Shown here: positions 40,275 to 64,000 of the stretch, piece after piece
How the letters are laid out: each line of letters starts with the position of its first letter
How positions within the stretch are numbered: position 1 is the first letter of the stretch
DNA from: Amoebidium appalachense
Taxonomy: Eukaryota > Protista > Ichthyosporea
DNA: 64,000 nucleotides
Assembly (NCBI GenBank): GCA_963693365.1
Contig: CAVNZM010000003.1
Location: 6,765,448-6,829,447, forward strand
Reading direction: 5' to 3'
Translations under genes and position numbers: made by a program
The notes under the pieces: generated by a model
Databases searched by the model: none
What the model saw: the letters and a program-made list of their open reading frames with translations, nothing else
Told to the model about the DNA's origin: nothing

Positions 40275-41232
40275 GGTCGTCAATAGGGGCTACGTAGTTT
40301 TCACAACATATGTGCCTGGGGCAGAAATTGCACAGCCTGAGGTCGTGCCTATTTTCGAATGCATGCTGGTGTGAATTTTGAGACCGGGGATTACAATGCG
40401 CGCAATGCAAGAGTTTCAAACAAGTGATTTTCGTTTGACATTTTCTTTCACCCTGCAGCTGCGCAAGCATGGCTGGCACAGTGTCTGCAAGAGCTGGAGA
40501 GGCATCAACGTCCCAATGGACAAGGCCCTGCCCGAGACATGGTCTGCACGCACCCTAGCAGACACAGACACAATAGTGCGCCATTTGCGCAAACAACACC
40601 CACACGCACCCATCCTGGGCCTTGGTTTCTCGTTTGGGGGCCACCTTCTTCAGTCCTACCTCGGTTATCTGAGCGACCACGGCACGGAGGAAAACAACAT
40701 CATTGGGGGTGTGTCTGTGTCGGGTGCGTTTGATAGCAACCTTGTATACAGTCATGGTTTGGCTTCGAACACTTTCCCACCTTACGATGTTGCGCTTGCA
40801 ACTTCTGTAAGGATGGATATGTCCCCGCACCTTTCACTTCTGGAGAAGGAACTGAGGGCGCTAGGCCAGCCCACGGAGAGGCTCAGACGGTGCACAAACA
40901 TGTATCAGTGGCACGATACGGTCACTAGGGTGCTATGTCCGGACTGCCCTGCACCCACCGTACAGGAGTATTTTGACAAAGTCGACGCTATTCACATGCC
41001 AAACAACGCAAAGATTTGCCGCCCGTGCCTGTGTATTCTTGCTAACGATGACCCGATTTGCCCGTCTAGGGTGGTGCAGCGTGCACGTGCGGGGTTGCTA
41101 AAGTCGGAGAATGTCATCTTGGTCAACACGAAGAGGGGCGGGCATTGTGGATGGTTTGAGGGCATGTGGGGGGAGAATTGGGCGGATGATTTGACGTATG
41201 AATACTTGAAAGCGGTTCTGGACACACAGTAG
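38180..41232 (+). CDS. Alpha/beta-hydrolase of the ABHD1/2/3 (YheT, AB hydrolase-4) family with an N-terminal TM segment; exon 3 carries a +1 frameshift as assembled
   Basis: Exons 38180-38273, 38757-39134, 39911-40186, 40459-41232 (TAG). Motifs: PWF..NHVQT, YEREVVPMDDGGLIA/MDW, PIVLVFPGVIGAS..YI, nucleophile GFSFGG, acid ILANDDPI, base GGHCGWFEG. TATATAAA at about 37993. An extra A at 40074-40076 breaks the frame. Confidence 0.85.
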
Positions 41233-41859
41233 GTTGGTCCTTCAGGTTTTTTTGTTAAAATTGACTCTTAAAGTTGCTGTTACGACAGTAATACTATGGC
41301 GCGGTTATTTAGCAGCTGCAGAAAGATTGGAACTATACCTGAACTCGGTTACCTTATATGGGCATAATGTTTGCTGGAGGCTTGCAATAGAACCGGAATC
41401 TGATGTGTATTCACATTTTGAGCGTTAGCTTTCTCTCCGTGTGCTTGTCAGGCACGCAGAGACTAAGACGGGTGATTTTAATATATGTAACTATAGCTTA
41501 TTGCCGGGCTGGTCCTGAGCTTCTGTCAGTATTTCTACTATAAATCTGCCTGATAGAATAAAACACACAAAACGGTAAATGTGAGATAGTTGTAGGTGTG
41601 TGTATGGTATTAACCTTATGAAAAACCCGTTTTCGCGCTTTCATGCACCTCTGTAAGCGCGATGTGTATATACACCTATGGCTACTGCAATGATATGCGT
41701 GTGTAAGTGTATGTACCTACGTGTGACAACACGGTGTGTGCACGTGAGTCCACGTGCGAGCGCTTACGTGTGTCGTTGTGTGTGCCGGTTTGCGTACAGG
41801 TGCACGTGGGTGTGCGTGTGTGTGAATTGTGTTCGTGCGTGCGCGTGCGTGCGGTCACA

Positions 41860-41927
<68 letters not shown>

Positions 41928-42003
41928 CATATGTCGTTGAAATTTTGTGTCCGTGCACCGTAATGATTGTGTGTGTGGTGCTTTATATGCGCGTGCGGTC
42001 ACA

Positions 42004-42049
<46 letters not shown>

Positions 42050-42360
42050 CGCGTATGTCGTTGAAATTTTGTGTCCGTGCACCGTAATGATTGTGTGTGT
42101 GGTGCTTTGTATGCGCCCTCAAAGTTGCACTGACCAGATCAATACACTGCACGTGCACTATATCCTATTGAGGCCACGTATATGCGACATACCAACAGGG
42201 TATCATGCATGCAGTGTGCGTGCACACGGCCAGGCGCCGCCTGAGCTCTTGCCCAGGTATGTACGTGAATGTTATCCCCGCCCCCCGCCCTTCCCCCCCG
42301 GCCCCCTCGGGGCCCCCCGCCTTGGGGAACAAAAAAAAAAAAACGGTCCCGGCAAAGAAC

Positions 42361-42861
42361 CAGGGGTGTGGCGACTTGACTTGAAGTCATGAACCTCATG
42401 ACTTGGCCCAAGTCAAGTCAAGCCATCAGGCAGGACATAGGAGTGACGTGTGTATGTGTGTGTCTGTGTATGTGTGTGTGTGTGTGTGTGTGTGCCACAG
42501 CATGTTCTGTGTGTGCACGAGCTGTGTGCACGTGTGTGCAGCGTGTATGTGTGTGCATGTATGTTCGCCGCCCTCGCACCCACGCACGTGTGTGTGTGTG
42601 TGTGTCTGTGTGTGTGTGTGTGTGTGTGTGCGTGTGTGTGTGTGACACCGTGTGTGTGTGTGCACGTGTGTGTGTGTGTCACCATGTGTGTGCGTGTGTG
42701 TGTGTGTTTGTGCCGTATTTTGTGTGTGTGTATATATGCCGTGCCGATGGTGTGTATCTGCCTGTGTGTACCATTATGGTACATATGCTTGTAATTATGC
42801 GCGGTGTGTGTACAGGTGTGTGTGTACATGACATTGTGTGTGTGCGTGTGTGCGCGTGCGT

Positions 42862-42895
<34 letters not shown>

Positions 42896-43201
42896 CACGG
42901 GTGTGTGTGTGTCTGTGTGTGTGTGTGTGTACTGTGTGTGACATTGTGACATTGTGACATTGCACTGAAATGTGAGTGTGTATTTGTGCGTGCCATATGA
43001 CAATAATTAAATATCATTGCCACAGTCAGCATACTCAGGCCCGGGCCACGGGGGAAAGGGGGGGGGGGGGGGGGGGGGGGGGGACGGGGGTGGAGGGGAC
43101 TCCGAGGAGAGGGGACCGTGTGTGTGCATGTACGTTCATGTATATGTGTATGTGTGTGTGCACGTGTGTGTACCACCGTGTGTGCGTGTGTGTGTACACT
43201 G

Positions 43202-43240
<39 letters not shown>

Positions 43241-43385
43241 GTGTCACAGTGCACGGTGTGTGTGTGCCCCCCCTCCTCCCCCCCCCCCCCCCAAAAAAAA
43301 AAAAAAAAAAAAAACTCACACAAACCAGAAAAAGAAACCACAGTCCACAGGCCGGGAGGGGGGTTAGGGGGGGAGGGGGGGGGAA

Positions 43386-43428
<43 letters not shown>

Positions 43429-43626
43429 GGGGGGCCCTGGGGGAAGGAGGGGCCCGGGAGGGGGGGCTGTGCGAAATGTGTGCATATGTCTGTGTGTACG
43501 TTTGGATTTTGTGTTCGTTTGTCACTGGATGTGTTTGAGTGTGTGAGGTGTGTGGTGTGTGTGCATGTGTGTGTATCACAATGTGCCACGCCACAGTGTG
43601 TGTATGGCTCCGTGTCACGGTGCACG

Positions 43627-43657
<31 letters not shown>

Positions 43658-43659
43658 CG

Positions 43660-43742
<83 letters not shown>

Positions 43743-43938
43743 CCTCTCACCCTCCCCACCCCATCACCACCACCACCAAAATAAAAGACACAGCCCCGGC
43801 TGGGTGCAGCCGGCTACCAAAAAGGCGCACTATAAATAGTAACAAGTCGCGACTTGAAAGTCAAGTCAAGTCATGAGACATAGCGGCCAATTATGAATAC
43901 GAGTCAAGTCAAGTCGACGAGGCTCTGCCACATGCCTG
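42361..43938 (+). mobile_element. Non-autonomous hAT-like element with a microsatellite-filled interior
   Basis: Imperfect TIRs CAGGGGTGTGGC ... GCCACATGCCTG. Perfect 8-bp TSD CAAAGAAC at 42353-42360 and 43939-43946. Subterminal GACTT/AAGTC motif arrays at both ends. Confidence 0.85.
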
Positions 43939-44603
43939 CAAAGAACACGTACGAGCCTATTCGAGGAAAGAAAAGAAAACGTTCAGAAATTAACACCTAC
44001 GTGTACACATGTGCAATCCGTCCACCGTATCTTGCATGCTGCAGTTACTTGATCAAGAGACCCCGAACCCCATGGCGAGCAGGCTTGAAATTTCAGAAAA
44101 CAAGAAAAGACTAAAAGAGAATACACACGGTGCTTGCCGGGCACCAGTCAGTTTACAAGCGGATTGAAAACGACGACCAATGGGTGCAAGATGTTAGTGA
44201 CGTGACAGTCGGTTTGAAGCAACACATCCGTAGATAAATATTTATATCCAACCCCCCCCCCCCCCCCCCCCCCCTACACACACACACACACACACACACA
44301 GGCCCAAGGCTGCCCTGCGCAAAATAATAATAATAATAATAATAAATAAATAAAAAACGCGGAGCTTGAAAATTGTCCATAACCCCCTATTACCCCCCCC
44401 CCCCCCCCCGGAGCCAGAAGAATAAGAGAAAAAAAGAGAAACGGAAAAAAGAAAAAAATTTAAAGAAAAAAAGAAAAAAGATGTACACACGTTCGAAATA
44501 CGGGGTTCCAAGGGACCCAGCCTGAACGAGAGGTCGAAAATGACGACTATTTGATATTCTATATGATATTATGTAATATTAGTCACTTGTCTCTGAGATC
44601 ATG

Positions 44604-44637
<34 letters not shown>

Positions 44638-44756
44638 TTCCCCCCCGCGGCACGGGAGCCCCCCCCCGGGCCGGCGCCTGGCACACACGCACGTACAGTC
44701 ATACATACACGCACACACACGCGCGCACACACACACACGGGCACACACACGCACAC

Positions 44757-44799
<43 letters not shown>

Positions 44800-44827
44800 C
44801 ACACCGTCACACACACACGCACAAACA

Positions 44828-44871
<44 letters not shown>

Positions 44872-44877
44872 ACACAC

Positions 44878-44970
<93 letters not shown>

Positions 44971-45402
44971 GTACACACACACACACGCACAGCCGGGGCC
45001 CGGGCCGGCACCGGGCAAGATTGTCGACGTCTGGAACACTTTTCACGAATATGCAAGGTACCAGTGACTGTAGGAAAGTTTATAATATTCTGGTCACTGT
45101 GCAGCACATGAACACATGCAATGTGCCGAAAGAGTTGCACCAATCGTATCCGATTGGAGGAGATTGGAGGTCGAACCCGATTGCGAGACCGCCAAAAAAA
45201 GCGCGCCAAAGTTGGCGCAGTTAGGCTACACTCTCGCAGCCTTGAGCACACACACTGAAGTTCAAGCACTTCATGCATGAATCGCAGAGTTCAGCTAGAG
45301 TTTTAATATTAGAGCTGTTCGTAAGGGAAGAAGGCGAGCACACGTTTTACCCCACGCAGTAGCTTACAGGGCAGTCTTTGTGGCTGACCTGCCAGCAGAA
45401 AA

Positions 45403-63163
<17,761 letters not shown>

Positions 63164-63432
63164 GTGTGTGTGTGGGGGGAGGGGGGAGGGGGAGGGGGAG
63201 GGGGGGAGGATATGGGTGTGTGTGGGTGGGTTGGCGGGTGGGTGGGGTGGGGGGAGGGGGGGGGTTGGGGGGGAAGGTGGGGAGGGTGAAGGGGGGGGGG
63301 GAGGGTGAGTGGGTGGGGGTGGGGGGGGGGGGGGGGGGGTACTTGTGTGTGTGTACGTGTGCATGTGTGTGCATATGGACATGTGCATGAATGTGTGTAC
63401 ATGTGTGTGTGTGTTTGTACGCGTGCGCGCCT

Positions 63433-63468
<36 letters not shown>

Positions 63469-64000
63469 GTGTGTGCATTCACGTGTACAATTATCAGGCC
63501 ATGAATTCACTCAATGGAGCTAAACAGGGGGAGGGAGGGGAAGGAGGAAGTGTTGTATGTTGTTGTCTCGGGGTGGGGTAGGGACGAATAGAGTTTATTG
63601 TTATTTGTGATGGGCGAGGGACTCCATTTTAACTCATGTGTGGTGCAATTTAATGTGTGTAACAGAGAATCTACGAATTGGTTTTTATAGATTTTTTTTA
63701 AAGAAAAGTAGGAATATACAGTTTAGGAATTTAGGTCAAGTAGAATTCCCTTACAGACATCGGAGAGCACGTTGTCTTGATTATAGTACAAATAGGAAAT
63801 CTAGGTTCCACTAGGTTGTTCTGCTACAACGAACACCATTTCCCATAGTTATTAACTTTTGCACATGTGGAGAGGTGGCTATGAATTCCTGGGAGCGAGC
63901 GTGGTTACACGTATAATACGACCTTTCCTACAATAGGAAGTGTTGGGGGATTCTATGATGTATTGTGTGTGTTTTTCTGATGGGCATGTGAGCAGGCTCA

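Noticed and set aside
42130-45060. Possible extra + strand gene (islands ending CCCAG|GTATGT near 42256 and GCAAG|GTACCA near 45057)
   Set aside because: No consistent spliced ORF or recognisable motif could be built; may be UTR exons or decayed element sequence.

Overview
Intron-rich eukaryotic genomic DNA, possibly from a unicellular opisthokont (low-confidence inference). Introns are full of (CA/TG)n tracts and poly-G/C runs, so almost every entry in the ORF track is a microsatellite artefact. Splicing exons by hand (all GT-AG, phases checked) gives six genes: WDR48/UAF1 (+, 5'-partial), MON1 (-), MSS4/RABIF (-), RPS27 (-), an ABHD1/2/3-YheT-type hydrolase (+, with an apparent +1 frameshift) and a divergent NUP205-like nucleoporin (+, 3'-partial). 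Non-coding DNA holds non-autonomous DNA transposons (hAT-like with an 8-bp TSD, TTAA-flanked piggyBac-like and foldback elements), a 400-bp palindrome and three 42-bp minisatellites. The most notable signals are: (1) a 332-bp element present twice without differences, whose stems pair fully only as RNA on one strand; (2) an unusual splice code, with (CA)n-CAG or TG-rich acceptors lacking a polypyrimidine tract and weak donors followed by C-runs; (3) repeated, decaying 'echo' copies of splice junctions and exon ends; (4) a possible shared MSS4-MON1 transcript. No database search was run; family assignments come from recalled motifs.
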